Assembly: GCA_951406725.2 (NCBI GenBank)
Contig: OX597817.1
Location: forward strand, 128,898,001-128,962,000
Source: Octopus vulgaris
Taxonomy: Eukaryota
DNA length: 64,000 nt
Direction: 5' to 3'
Below, in pieces: positions 40,851 to 54,501 of the stretch (the stretch's first letter is position 1; the number at the start of each line of letters is the position of its first letter). Both the position numbers and the translations under genes were made by a program. A model generated the notes under the pieces. The model was not told the DNA's origin. It saw nothing but the letters and a program-made list of their open reading frames with translations, and did not search any database.

Positions 40851-41163
40851 TGGCGAGGTTTAATCATTGATTAAACCTCGCCAAGTTAAATATTTCAACC
40901 ACCTGAAGAATGACTGTAACTCGGATTTTTACGAATTGGACAGCCATGAAACGATCGTAGTGTTATACTAATTATCTTTTTTTAATAATTTTGATATATA
41001 TTTAAAATAATATAAATTAATTAATCTTATGTATTGGCTTAAGTTTTTCATTGTATGATTTGCCTAATAGTGGTTTTATCTCTAATTTAATATTTACTAT
41101 AAAATTGGATTCAATCCTAAATCTGATTTTTCCATGTAAGTTTGGATTTATTCCCTAATATTT

Positions 41164-41170
<7 letters not shown>
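40851..41170 (+). mobile_element. PLE-type terminal repeat with short 5' fold-back and hammerhead; second copy on minus at 63855-64000
   Basis: Hairpin tggcgaggtttaatca/tgattaaacctcgcca; 3' end ...ttccctaatattttatta(TA)n matches the reverse complement of the window end. Confidence 0.7.
40900..40962 (+). ncRNA. Type-I hammerhead ribozyme motif (C3-G8)
   Basis: CAC CUGAAGA AUGACUGU...ACAGCCAU GAAA CGAUCG UA GUG; palindromic stem III. Confidence 0.75.
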
Positions 41171-41219
<49 letters not shown>

Positions 41220-41530
41220 GCGAACAAGATACTATCCATATTTTGCAGAAAAACCTGTTGGCGGTCAGTCATAAGACTCGGACTCACATCCTTGTGATTA
41301 GCTTAATGGTACAGCACTTGACGCGTAATCACAGGGATGTGAGTTCGAGTCTCATGGGAGGCTGCCAACAAATTTTTCTGTAAAATATGGATAGTTTATC
41401 CTGTTCATGCTATAGTATTAGCATTATCGTGCGTGTGAGAATAAAATTATTTCCTTATCTGTATCTTTCAATACATCTCAAAACTTCTAAAGCAAACTTT
41501 GTTTACTTTCAACTTATGATGAATTTAATA
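41220..41530 (+). mobile_element. tRNA-Thr(CGT)-like head with 5' inverted duplication, between (TA)n tracts
   Basis: A-box tagcttaatggt (41299), loop cgCGTaa, B-box gagttcgagtct (41341); arms 41222-41300 / 41326-41406. Confidence 0.6.
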
Positions 41531-41618
41531 TATATATATATGTGTGTGTGTGTGTGTATACATTATATATATATATATATATATACATACATACATACAT
41601 ACATACATACATACATAA

Positions 41619-41679
<61 letters not shown>

Positions 41680-41684
<5 letters not shown>

Positions 41685-41795
41685 AAGGTTTGAAAATGCA
41701 ATTTAAAAGATGTTTATTTTAAATTGAATTTTCAAACCTTCTTTCGTATATAATTCCTCTCGTGCGATACCCCACAACTCAACTTTGTTATTTTG

Positions 41796-41800
<5 letters not shown>
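41680..41800 (+). repeat. Short palindrome plus extension between (TA)n tracts
   Basis: aaagaaggtttgaaaatgcaatttaaaa / ttttaaattgaattttcaaaccttcttt. Confidence 0.7.
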
Positions 41801-41849
<49 letters not shown>

Positions 41850-41944
41850 CTATATAAATAAGGATAAGATCGTTATTTTAAATACCAATCAAATAAAGTG
41901 GCAGCATGGGAAGAAAAAAATCATATGGGTTATTATTTATACCA

Positions 41945-42250
41945 TGAATAAGGATATCCAAGAGTTACACCGTGCTCGAAATAGCAGTCAAAACCTGACT
42001 CTAAAACCACATCAAGTGTTCAATATAGCACAAGGGGAAAAGGCAAATAAACTAGTAAAAATTGCATAATTCCAGACCCTGGGATTCTAGCTCTGTGTAA
42101 AACCACTTTGCCTTCATCAATGAAATATACCAAGAATTGTACATAATTACATATATATTTCTTTTTGAACACTTGCTGTGGTTGTAGAGTCAGGTTTTGA
42201 CTGCTATTTCAAGTATGGTTGTGTTTTTTAGATACACTTATTTATAATTA
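41945..42250. repeat. Inverted repeat element in (TA)n with a possibly decayed hammerhead in the spacer
   Basis: gaaatagcagtcaaaacctgactctaaaaccaca / tgtggttgtagagtcaggttttgactgctatttc; minus-strand ttgatgaaggc at about 42110-42120. Confidence 0.6.
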
Positions 42251-43654
42251 TATATATATATATATATATCATCATCATATCCGAGTCTAAACTTTGTAAG
42301 ATGCTGTATAAAGCACGTCCAGAGTTATTGGCTACCTGATGTCAAAATCAGTAGTAATACATAAGCTACTGGATTTACTTCAGGAATTCCTTGGTGTGTG
42401 TGGAGATTATATAATTAGATCACACATAGAAAATGAAATTCACGAGATTCTATATTCAAAATTACCGCGATTGTTTCGGCTCATCCTGTTTTCTTGCATC
42501 TGTGCCTCATTGATGTGATGCATCACATACATGGCATATATGATACTTTTCATACTTTTATGTTTAATATGTCAATATTTTTATAAGTCTATTTCATTGA
42601 ACGACTTTTTAGAAGTTAAAGTCTGTCTTCTCTCAGTTTCTTATGAAAAGTGTTAAAATATAACAGACTTCCTAAAAATATATCTTACCAGTGTTTGGTG
42701 AAATGGAGAGAAGAACGAGTGAGGTACCAGTTTAAAAAGTCACCTGAGGAGATTCAGTCTGTACTTGTGATGCAAGACAATTGTACAAATGTGAGGTACA
42801 AATGCAGATTGACTGAATGAGTCGAAACACTTGTAGTGGATTTGAATAACGAGTTTCGCAAATTCCATTTGCTGCCTCTGATCAATCTATCTATTTGTGT
42901 GTGTGTGTGTGTGTGTGTGCGTGCGTGCGTGTGTGTGCGTGTGCGCGCGTATGTGTGTGTGTGAGAGAGAGTGAGTGTGTGTGTGAGAAAGTGTGAGTGT
43001 GTGTGTGCGTGCATCTGCATGCGTGTGCGTGCGTACGTGTGTGTGTGTGCGTTTGTGTGTGTGTGTGTGTGTGTGTGTGCCTTTGTATCTGTATTCGCCT
43101 CTCACCATCACTTGAAAACGGAATTTAGTGTATTTACGTAACTTACCGCATTATTTAAAATACATTTCAATAACAAAATGATTCAATTAACAACAATGCA
43201 AATAACAAATTAAAATAATCAACATAGATACTCTGAAATTACATATAACACGAACACATACAGAAAGTCATATCTATATATGACTAATGAGTAACGAATG
43301 ACTAACAAACTATGAGCACATTATGTCCAAATACACCCAATTCTAAATCATATATGACTATCGAATGAACCACAACCTATGGTACAAAAACACAGCTCAA
43401 ACATCCTTTATAACTGATAACATAAAACTGAATTATTGTTATATATCTCCTACATGTTCTATGCCCCCCCCCACAAAGACGGAATCGCTCTAAATGTAGC
43501 GGAAGTGGAATTATCATCCAATGAGAAGCGCCGTGACAGGATATATATTGATCACTCGTGACCGTTGTCTCTCACCCTAACCCATAGCATCACTATTTGA
43601 CCCGGCCGTAAAGACATTTCTTAGCAAATTGTGTAATTCTCTAATTCCACGCAT

Positions 43655-44097
43655 GTGGGAGAGGTAGACCCAGGAAAACCTGGGATGAAGTGGTGAAGCA
43701 CGACCTTCGAACATTGTGCCTTACCGAGGCAATGACTAGTGTCCGAAACTATTGGGGATATGCTGTGCTTGAGAAGACTCGACAAGCCAAGTGAGATCAT
43801 AGCCCATGGCCTATGTCAGTGGGTGTAACTAGCCCAGTTATGAGTAGCCCTCATTCATTGGACAATAAACTCTGTTTGCGAAGACCTATTGAGGCAAGTG
43901 AAATCAAATCAAAATCGCTGACGTGTCCGATGACAGTACCGCCTGATTGGCACTCGTGCCAGTGGAACGTTAAAAGCACATCTGAGCGTGATCGTTGCTG
44001 GGGCCACGGATTGGCTCCCGTGCCGGTGGCACATAAAAAGCACCATTCTAGCGTGATCGTTGCCAGCGTCGCCTTACCGGCACATGTGAAAAGCATG
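43655..44097 (+). mobile_element. RTE-clade LINE 3' end and 3'UTR
   Basis: GRGRPRKTWDEVVKHDLRTLCLTEAMTSVRNYWGYAV* followed by repeated aaaagcac...agcgtgatcgttgc units. Confidence 0.8.
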
Positions 44098-44406
44098 AAC
44101 AGCAGAAAACGATTTGGCAAGATATCTTGCACAAATTTTAGGAATTTCACTGATGCGCTGGCCTAGAATAATGCGCTTTTATCGAATAAGAAAAGAAGCT
44201 AACTTGATCTAGACAGGATCTACACTCCGAGCATAGGGAGTCGAAACAAAGTGAGACATTCTATCCTCCACTCCAGTAAATCTACCTCTTCACCATTTTC
44301 TACGTATACGTAAATGTATATATGCATGTATGTGTGTTTGTGCGAGTGAATGTGTGTGTGTGTGCGATTGAGTGTGTGTGTGTGTGTTTACATATATATA
44401 CATATA

Positions 44407-45092
44407 CAATTCATAAATAAGGGCAAACGAAAAAATGTTCAATGCCAAATATGCCGAAAAATTGGACATATTGCCCATTAACCCTTAATTTTTTCACAAT
44501 CCGCACGCTACTCGAAAAAAAGTCGACAGAAATTTCTAAAAAAATCCATTATTATCATATCGGACCGATTTCAGGGTTAGCTTATAACAGCCCTCCCTTC
44601 GTCAGTGATACATGTGGCAAAAGAAATAAATGAGATACTTACTCATAGCCATGGAAGAAGCAAACACTAAGTCATGAGCACAATTAAGTACCCCAAATAC
44701 ATCCAAAATAGAAATACTCCAGCCCATTCGAGACACGTGCGATTTGAACTGATGCTCTCACAGAGTGAAAGAGTCCGGAAGTGAACGCTTAAATTTATAT
44801 CTAATGAAGGATAAAAATTTTTTCGAAAAAAATTATTTTCCAAAAAAAATTTTATCAATGGCCAGCATATTAAAAAATACCTTTAAAGGTAAAATTTATA
44901 AACAATTCATAAATAAGGGCAAACGAAAAGATTTTCAATGCCAAATATGACGAAAATTTGGACATATTGTCCATTAACCATTAATTTTTTCACAATCCGC
45001 ACGCTACTCGAATTTAACCTTTAAAGGTATTTTTTAATATGCTGGCCATTGATAAATTTTTTTTTGGAAAAGAATTTTTTTCGAAAAAAATG
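44407..45092. repeat. Complex A-B-A-B' duplication/inversion
   Basis: A: 44407-44517 repeats at 44902-45012; B: 44815-44896 inverted at 45011-45091. Confidence 0.75.
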
Positions 45093-45175
45093 TTATCCTA
45101 CATTAGATATATATACATATATGCATAGAGACAGATACACATTTATACAGACGGATAAACAAATGGATAGATAGG

Positions 45176-45263
<88 letters not shown>

Positions 45264-45602
45264 CCGATAGATTTTCAATCCATTGCTATTAAGTGCTTTA
45301 TGCATCTATAGTAGAAGCATAATACTAAGCGGTTTAAACTGTGAAGCAGAGATAAATTCAATAAATACTGATAAAACTGACTGGTGTAGGTTGGGGTTAT
45401 AGTTAGGCGGTTACTGATGTTGCAGGTAATCAGTCTGTTAGGTGATGGTTTTGGTTATCAAAAACCACCTGATGAAAGAACTTCGATGTAACATGCGATT
45501 GTCACACTGCAGAGCGAATATCACATCGACTGACTTTGTCCGGTAACTTTCGAGAAAGACCTATCTTCGTTGACATATTTCATATCTCATTTTTAAAAGA
45601 GC

Positions 45603-45835
45603 ACCAATCAGAACAGAAGAATCAAGAAGAAAGTAACGTGGTATAATCCATATTACTACATGGATTTAATCATACATTTACTTATGAACTGCGTACTCTT
45701 AATAAGATAACATTTCCCGATTATACATAAATACAACAAACTTTCCGACACCAATAACACTGAATTCGGCTATGGTTGCCTGATTAACATTGCTTTGCTG
45801 ATCTCAAACTAAAACAAATATCTAGACAGCTCAAT
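45603..45835 (+). pseudogene. Degenerate Penelope-like element ORF fragment (RT thumb/linker)
   Basis: KKKVTWYNPYY...*HFPIIHKYNKLSDTNNTEFGYGCLINI resembles the PLE motif RKRNIIWFNPP...KHFPxxHKLxKIFNRNxxKxSYSCxxN. Confidence 0.55.
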
Positions 45836-46359
45836 CTTGAAATAGTAAAATTTACTCAATCTACCACGTTATTTCCGTCTCATGAAGACAATGATATGCA
45901 GAACAACTATACCATCCTCTGATCATATTGAATGATAATATAAAACATCGTGAACAATTTTCCACCATTTATAAACGGAACGACAATACGGCAAGATATC
46001 ATCCATTTTTTGTCATCAGAAATAATTTCTTATAGACAATTATCGTTCATAATCGGAAGAACAACTACTTCTGAAAGCAATATTATTAGCTGCAATATAA
46101 ACAAATAATTGACAGGTCTTGAACAATAAGAAGCAAACTGACAGGGGTCTCTTCAAGGTATGACTTCTATACAGTCTAGTTCATTTTGTATAGTCTCAGC
46201 AAGAACAAGTGCGTAAAACTCTGAGTGGCAACAGAGTGTATCCGCAACTGATTTATAATAAATATAAGGAAATAAACTCTAAGTCATGCGCGCTTGTGTT
46301 TCATTTGTAAATCAAAACAGTTGTATACACATACATATAGTTATATCTATCTATCTATC

Positions 46360-46435
<76 letters not shown>

Positions 46436-46474
46436 GTCTGTCTGTCTGTCTATCCATCTATCTATATATACATG

Positions 46475-46547
<73 letters not shown>

Positions 46548-47036
46548 GTATCCATCTATTAATTTAACACTTTCTGTCAGCATATATATATATGCCTCGG
46601 TGTGTGTGTGAGTGTGTGTGTGTGAGTGTGTGTGTGTGTTTGTGTACGTATGTGTGTGTGTGTGTACATACGCATGTGTCATACCATACAGTATCAATTT
46701 ACTGTTGTCTGTAACACTGCATTGTATAACGAGCGGTAACGAAAACCTCGACTGCCAAGATAGATCAGGTCGGAGACCACAATTAGTTGAAATTTGATGA
46801 CAGACTCTTAAAAAATCAGAGTAATCAATTATATTGCTTTTATTTCTATCATAGCCGTTCCACTATCATTGCTGCTATATCAGCCATCCATATTCATGAC
46901 AATGTGTATCTGGATTTATATGATGTTTTCCATCGCACATTACACATATACATACATATATAAATATACACGTTCATACATACATGCATACATTTGCACA
47001 TACATACATACATGCATGCATACGCACATACATATA

Positions 47037-47077
<41 letters not shown>

Positions 47078-47134
47078 ACCTACATATATATATATATGTG
47101 TGTGTGTACATATATATACGTATACACATACACA

Positions 47135-47174
<40 letters not shown>

Positions 47175-47177
<3 letters not shown>

Positions 47178-47291
47178 AGATCACGTGACCGACCAGACCA
47201 TCAGATGTTGTTACACATCGCTGGTCACAATGCGTTCGCATTGTTTTAGCCTTCGAATGACGCCACCCCGCTGGCTAAGCGAGCAGGCCAA
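47175..47291 (-). mobile_element. Isolated tail type 2 of SINE family B
   Basis: Reverse of ggcctgctcgcttagccagcggggtggcgtc...ggtcggtcacg. Confidence 0.75.
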
Positions 47292-47630
47292 TATATATAT
47301 ATATATATATATAGACATACATATATGTACATATACATATACATAGACACGCATATATATATACATATATATGTGTATGTGTCTGTATGTGTGTTTGTGT
47401 GTGCATATGCATTTTGCTTTTGCTTCTAATACTTTTAGCCATTGGACTACGGCCATATTGGGTGCAAAACACAATCGACCATTTGTGAGTTTCGTGGACC
47501 CAGCATTTTGATACTTTTCATAATGGAATTTGTACAACACGGCAAGCCCTAAATAACGCATTGCACTTTTCCTAAACTCTTTACTTCGCTGTGATACATA
47601 CATACATACATACATACATACATACATACA

Positions 47631-47666
<36 letters not shown>

Positions 47667-47757
47667 TCATAATTATAACAATGGTAATAATAATAATAGT
47701 AGAGTATATCGTATATATACGTATGTACATATTTATATATATATATATATATATAAT

Positions 47758-47792
<35 letters not shown>

Positions 47793-47793
47793 G

Positions 47794-47876
<83 letters not shown>

Positions 47877-47927
47877 GGGAGTAAGCACATAAATATGAAA
47901 CAAGGTGGAAAAAAGAGTACTCAAATA

Positions 47928-48135
47928 TCTATTTCTTTATTGCCCACAAGGGGCTAAACATAGAGTGGACAAACAAGGACAGACAAAGGTATTAAGTCGA
48001 TGACATCGACCCCAGTGAGTAACTGGTACCTAATTTATCGTCCCCGAAAGGATGACAGGCAAAGTCGACCTCGGCGGAATTTGAACTCAAAACGTAACGG
48101 CAGACAAAATACCGCTAGGCATTTTGCCCGGCGGG
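47928..48135 (-). mobile_element. SINE family A
   Basis: Matches 53955-54186. Confidence 0.85.
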
Positions 48136-48179
48136 TAGAGTAACAGCTTTTATTATATTCCTGCTGCTTTTGAATAAAG

Positions 48180-48273
<94 letters not shown>

Positions 48274-48329
48274 CATATATATATATACTTATACACATAT
48301 ATGTATATACATATGTACATATGTACCCG

Positions 48330-48705
48330 AACGTGTGTAATTCTCCAGCTTTTCTTTTCGGCTGTCATTGAAATCGGATGACATCCAGTTTGTTATGAGG
48401 ATTTTCTTGATTGCGGGACACTTCAATCCTTAACTCAAAAGCCCTATTGCAGGTGGAGTATTGACATGTTGTTGGAGATGGTTGTTATTGCAGTAAACTT
48501 GGCTGCACCACTCCTGGTTCTCCCCTGCTCTTCTGTTTATCATTAAAATCCTTAGTGCACAAATCCAATTTTTACACAGCAGCTGCCAAGTTGTATGTTC
48601 CACTGCCAACATGCTCCAAGGTCCTCCAGTGTGTTATTCCATTTCTCAATGCGATCTCTATTGAATTCTTATAGCACCTCTTTGCCCTTCAGGAACAAAT
48701 ACCTC
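48330..48705 (-). mobile_element. Highly degraded RTE-like LINE C-terminus
   Basis: PEGQR...PWSMLAVEHTTWQLLCKN resembles RTE WExLAxDRxxWRxxC. Confidence 0.4.
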
Positions 48706-48949
48706 CCATTATTCTCTTTCACACGCACACACACACTCTCTCTCTCTCACACACACACACATACACGCACAGACACAAACTCACACATACACACATATAC
48801 ACACACAGTTACACACATACACACTCTCTCTCTCTCTAAACACTTTATGTTCAAATTTGTTTACGTTTCCCCTCTGTATTAAATTACACATCACAAGATG
48901 TGTAATTTACACATCATAAGATATGCCAAACTACATTTCAATGATATAA

Positions 48950-50390
48950 CCAATTGTCCGCGTAGAGATTTGAAAACTTGAGTGAATACCAAATAGATAA
49001 GTTAAGAACCAAAATCTACAAGAAAGTGTAATGATAAATTTGTGATCAAAGAAGCTCAAAGATAGGATGACTGTAAAAAGTGCTAGAATTCAACCGCACA
49101 AAATTAGAATAGAACAGTTCTGCCAAAACAGATATTTCAAAATAACCGCAAAAATTCTACTTGAGAAAGTGGAAAGAATAGTCCGGGGAAACGAAAGCTA
49201 TTTCAGGCGCTAAAATAAATAGAAGATAAATTTGAAACATAATCATGTTACGGACTGCATTTTTAAAGTGGATAAAGAAGAAATTAAGCATTATTCATAA
49301 ACAGTAATGCAACCTCTCTGCAGCAGGCATTCTCCATGAACAAGCAGAAATTGTTGTGACAAGTTATTGGGTTGCTATACTCAGATCGAGTACAATGTTA
49401 TTGGATTACTGAACCCATATGGAGTATAAAGTTATTGGATTACTCTACCCAAATGAAATACAAAGCTACTGGCTTGAGAATTTAAAGTCACAACATTAGA
49501 GAATGGCTCAGTTGTGTGACGGAAGCTTCTTCTGTAATTCTAACTCTATCTCGTTAACTAAAATAATAGTAATCATAACGAAAGACAAATGAAAACAAAA
49601 ATTACGTAACATACTATAGATTCATCATCTGTCTTCCAGTAATATGGTAACTATTGCCCAGCATAATCTTCAAAGTCACCAGTATTAACACACCAAGGAA
49701 CTACCCACAGAAGAATAGACGGATTGTCAAAAATAACGCAATAGTACAAGAAACCAACCACATTCCTGGGCGATAATCGTTTAGATATTATTCAATGTAG
49801 CCGATAGCGTCAAAATATTAAGTGATTATTTGGAATCAAAAGTCACGACTCAGAGCTAGCATTATCAATTGGAAAAAATCATAAAGCTGCTGACGATGTA
49901 TAATATGGTTCACAAAGAATGTAATGTTGATAGACTTTGTATAAAATACAGTGATGATGAAAGTAGAAAATAAATACTTTGAAATCGATATACCTAGGAA
50001 AGCCGAAAAAAAAAACTCAGAAAAAATTCATGTAATTGAGGAAGATACATCGATACTGTTGTTTATACAGCATGAGGCGAGAGACTGTAGCCCTTTTAGT
50101 ATCAGGGTATAAGAAACTGGCATAGTTACGAAACAAAGTATAGATACGACAGAAACACATGAGTTATACACTGGCAACTGTGTGAAACAAAGAACTTAGA
50201 ATACTTATGGGGAGTGATGAAGAGATAGACCAACGAAAGATGTTAAAAATGATCAGGCAAAATTGCGGAGGAATATAAAAATTCAGACAGACAAGGAACT
50301 AGAACACTCGAGATATTATTACTAGAGAATGATACTAGAAACTGTTTCATAATAGATGTAATCTGCCCATTCGATACTGCAAGCAAAGTT
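48950..50390 (+). mobile_element. Highly degraded R4/Dong-like element
   Basis: Fragments IQSYWLENLKSQH, LPTEE, VKNDQAK, YKIQTDKELEH, RNCFIIDVICPFD. Confidence 0.5.
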
Positions 50391-51114
50391 GATCTCGGCC
50401 AGATTTAATCGAAGAAAGTAAAAAATCCAGAACAAATACCGCAAGTGGTTTGATAAGAAAAACAAAGTCAAAATATTGAGCAAAAATCGGAGGATTCTGC
50501 CAAAGCACCACGAACTCAAGAGAAAGCATCTACATAATTGATCAACCTGCTAGAAATAGTAACCAATTCCCTTAAAATTGTAACTTTGTGCTCTCAGCTC
50601 CTGATGTAACTGTAAGGACGTGTTTTGGGGACATTTTGAACTTTGCAGGCTCTGACTACGGCCATTTCTCACAGTCAAAACGGAAGACAAAGGTAAGAGA
50701 AACGCCTCCAGTTGAGAACTGGTACTCGTTTCTTGATGAAATTACGATGAAAAGCAAAATTGATTTTAGAGTATAATGATCCGAATCGAGTGCTGTAGAG
50801 CTATCTATTTTACTGCGTTAAAAATGCGAAACAGATTTGGACAAAGTAGAAAATGTAATCACTGATACACTATGCCAGCAAAAATAAGTAAATAAAATAA
50901 AAGTATTGGGATGGCCAAGATTAGAACGAATTCTAATCGGTCAGTTGGATTCGGCCAGTCGAGGCTGCACAACAACAACAATAATATTCTAAGTTTTAAG
51001 GGACACAAATCACAAAAAGAGCGCAACTAACGGGGGTAAAACTGTCATAAGCGCAGGCGTGGGTGTGTGCACTAGCGTAGCTAGTTAGGATTGGTCCGCC
51101 CCAGGTGGCACACA

Positions 51115-51324
51115 CTCTAGCTACTAAGGTAGCTGTGTGATAAGAAGCTTGCTTCCCAACAATATGATTCTGGATGCAGTCGCACCGCATGACACCTTAG
51201 GCAAGAGCCTTCTACTACAGCCTAGGGCCAACCAATGCCTTGTGAGGGAATTTAGCAGAGAAAAACTGAAAGATGTCCATCGCGTGTGTGCGTGTATGTG
51301 TGTATATATATACATTTATATATG

Positions 51325-51392
<68 letters not shown>

Positions 51393-51585
51393 GTGTGTAT
51401 ATGCGTGTCTCTGTGTGTCTCTGTGTATGAGCGTGTGTTTGTGTCTGTGCTTGTTCCCCACCACCGTTTGAAACCGATGTTGGCGTGTTTACGATTCCGT
51501 AACTTAGCAGTTTGGCAAAAGGAACCGATGAATTAAGTACCAGGCTTAAAAAAAGGAAAGGAAGAAAAGGACTGGAGTCGATATG
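51115..51585 (+). mobile_element. SINE family C with expanded internal (TA)n
   Basis: Similar to 53071-53505. Confidence 0.7.
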
Positions 51586-51704
51586 TGTTAGTGTATTTGC
51601 TTGTGTACACCGTATGCTTTTATCTCAGATTTTGTATGAGTAGGAGAACCAACTAGCTACCTGGGAGCGAGAAAAGCCCGCAGAAGGAATGTATGTATGT
51701 ATAT

Positions 51705-52005
51705 ATCACCGTCACCGTGACCGACTTGGCTATCAGATGTTGCTACACATCGCTGGTCACAATGCGCTTCGCATTGTTTTAGCCTTCAAGTGACGCCACC
51801 TTGAACAGAAGAAAGAGTGAGAGAAAATTGCGGCGAAAGAGTACAGCAGGGATCGCCACCACCCCCTGCCAGAGCCTCGTGGAGCTGTAGGTGTTTTTGC
51901 TCAATGAACACTCACAACGCCCGGTCTGGGAATCGAAACCGCGATCCCACGACCGCGATCCCACGACCGCGAGTCCGCTGCCCGAACCACTGGGCCATTG
52001 CGCCT
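51705..52005 (-). mobile_element. SINE family B, tail type 2
   Basis: Reverse of 63383-63694; internal 15-bp duplication accgcgatcccacg. Confidence 0.85.
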
Positions 52006-52013
52006 ACATACAA

Positions 52014-52053
<40 letters not shown>

Positions 52054-52221
52054 GTACTCATGTATATATGTATATTTATACACACGGTTATTTATACATA
52101 TGTATGTATGCTTGTATGTATTATTTATGTATGTATACATACATACATGCTTATATATACATGCATATACACATATGTAGAGAGAAATATAGATAGATAA
52201 ATAGGTAGATAAATCGATAGA

Positions 52222-52312
<91 letters not shown>

Positions 52313-52313
52313 G

Positions 52314-52387
<74 letters not shown>

Positions 52388-53070
52388 CGTACACACGCGC
52401 ACACACACATACAAACATACATATATTTCAATAAAGGAGTGTGTATCTTTATATGCTTCTGCAGAGGGAGAGATAAAGATAGATTGAGAAAGAAAGACAA
52501 TGAAAAAAAGGGAGAGAAAAGAAGAAAGAAAAAATTTATGCGTGAGAATTTCAAAACAGTATGAGTGGACGTGAGAAAAGACAGGGAAGTGTGCACATGA
52601 CGTAAGCTATAATATTTGACACTTTCAGGGCGGTCTATAACGCATAAAGACACCACACCTATCCCCAATGGTCCGGTAAAGGTGTGCTGTTACTGTTAGT
52701 TAGCCCGATGCTGTACTGCTACGAAATTGCCTAGAGGATAAAATAATGGACAACAAAAGTAGGGATCAGGAGTTCAGTCTTTTGTAGGAGATTCGTTATA
52801 GTTGTTTCTACCAAAATCATCGCGGTTTGAATACCTATGGCAACACAGTATTGAAGTCGGGACAAAACTGCTTTTATTTTTAAGACGATACAGTGCGATT
52901 GCAGAGGGATTTTGTAGTTTCCTTTGTCATTTTATCTACTCTTAGTCAAGCCTAAGCGAGGAGATCTACGATAGAAGGCATTCAAGCCGTGACACCCTAA
53001 CCTTTTTAAGACTATAGGGTGTGAATGCATAGTATCTTGCTGCTACTTCAAGTATGTCTAATGTTCTTAT

Positions 53071-53233
53071 AGGCGCAGGAGTGGCTGCGTGGTAAGTAGC
53101 TTGCTAACCAACTACATGGTTCCGGGTTCAGTCCCACTGCGTGGCATCTTGGGCAAGTGTCTTCTGCTATAGCCTCGGGCCGATCAAAGCCTTGTGAGTG
53201 GATTTGGTAGACGGAGACTGAAAGAGGCCTGTC

Positions 53234-53281
<48 letters not shown>

Positions 53282-53505
53282 GCGTGTTTGTGTGTCTGTG
53301 TTTGTCACCCTAGCATTGCTTGACAACCGATGCTGGTGTGTTTACGTCCCCGTCACTTCGCCGTTCGGCAAAAGAGACCGATAGAATAAGTACTGGGCTT
53401 ACAAAGAATAAGTCCCGGGGTCGATTTGCTCGACTAAAGGCGGTGCTCCAGCATGGCCGCAGTCAAATGACTGAAACAAGTAAAAAGAAAAAAAAAAAGA
53501 AAAAA
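53071..53505 (+). mobile_element. Full-length SINE family C
   Basis: tRNA-like head, CORE-like cttgggcaagtgtctt, internal (TA)n(TG)n, tail ggcggtgctccagcatggccgcagtcaaatgactgaaac plus A-rich end. Confidence 0.9.
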
Positions 53506-53954
53506 ATCCCTCGATTTTGATGGTGTTTATCTCCAGGACAGATAGTATTGATTAGATCAAAAGCGTCCAAGTCATGACATTCCGATTTTATTATATGTTT
53601 TAGATATACTAAATCTAAGACTACATATTCAATGTGCCCTATTTTTCTAAGACCAAACGGTACGTGATTGTACAGAAGTTTGGCTACTTTTTCTAGTTGG
53701 TCCAGCAACCACATTCAGACACCTTCGTTGACTCCTAGTAATATGGTCGCTCAGCCTCAGTCCAGCTCCGAGAGAAAAGGGCTACGACCCAATGCATTCC
53801 TGGCGTGACAATTTCGACATCATTTTTAATATCTCTATCAACTCAGTCCAATGCGTATTTTCCTTATTTTGAAATCGGTACAGCATGATTTGAGAGATAA
53901 TTGTTTGCTACATCTAGCAGCTGAATCATCCAATTATAGACACCTTATATTACT

Positions 53955-54186
53955 TATTTCTTTACTACCCACAAGGGGCTAAACACAGAGGGGACGAACA
54001 AGAACAGACAAATGGATTAAGTCGAATATATCGACCCCAGTGCGTAACTGGTACTTAATTTATCGACCTCGAAAGGATGAAAGGCAAAGTCGACCTCGGC
54101 GGAATTTGAACTCAGAACGTAGCCGCAGGCGAAATACCGTTGAGCATTTCGCACGGTGTGCTAACGTTTCTGCCAGCTCGCCGCCT
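53955..54186 (-). mobile_element. SINE family A with 21-bp TSD
   Basis: ttatagacaccttatattact at 53934-53954 and 54187-54207. Confidence 0.92.
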
Positions 54187-54429
54187 TTATAGACACCTTA
54201 TATTACTGATTAGTTAGCTTTCTAGTACTGTTGCATATTTATTACGGCAACAACAAACTGGGGGCTAGAAAAGATAGTCACGAAACCCGAATTAGTATAA
54301 TGCACGCAATACTTAATGAGTGTATTTAAAAAATAAAACTGAACAAATTCAGGGGTAATATTTTACTAAATCTTTTTCTTTCGAATACTTTTCCCTTTAA
54401 TTCTTTGTTTCTTCGTTCTTTCTTTATTT

Positions 54430-54501
<72 letters not shown>

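Noticed and set aside
45462-45510. ccacCTGATGAaag as a hammerhead start
   Set aside because: No convincing stem II-GAAA or stem I partner downstream.
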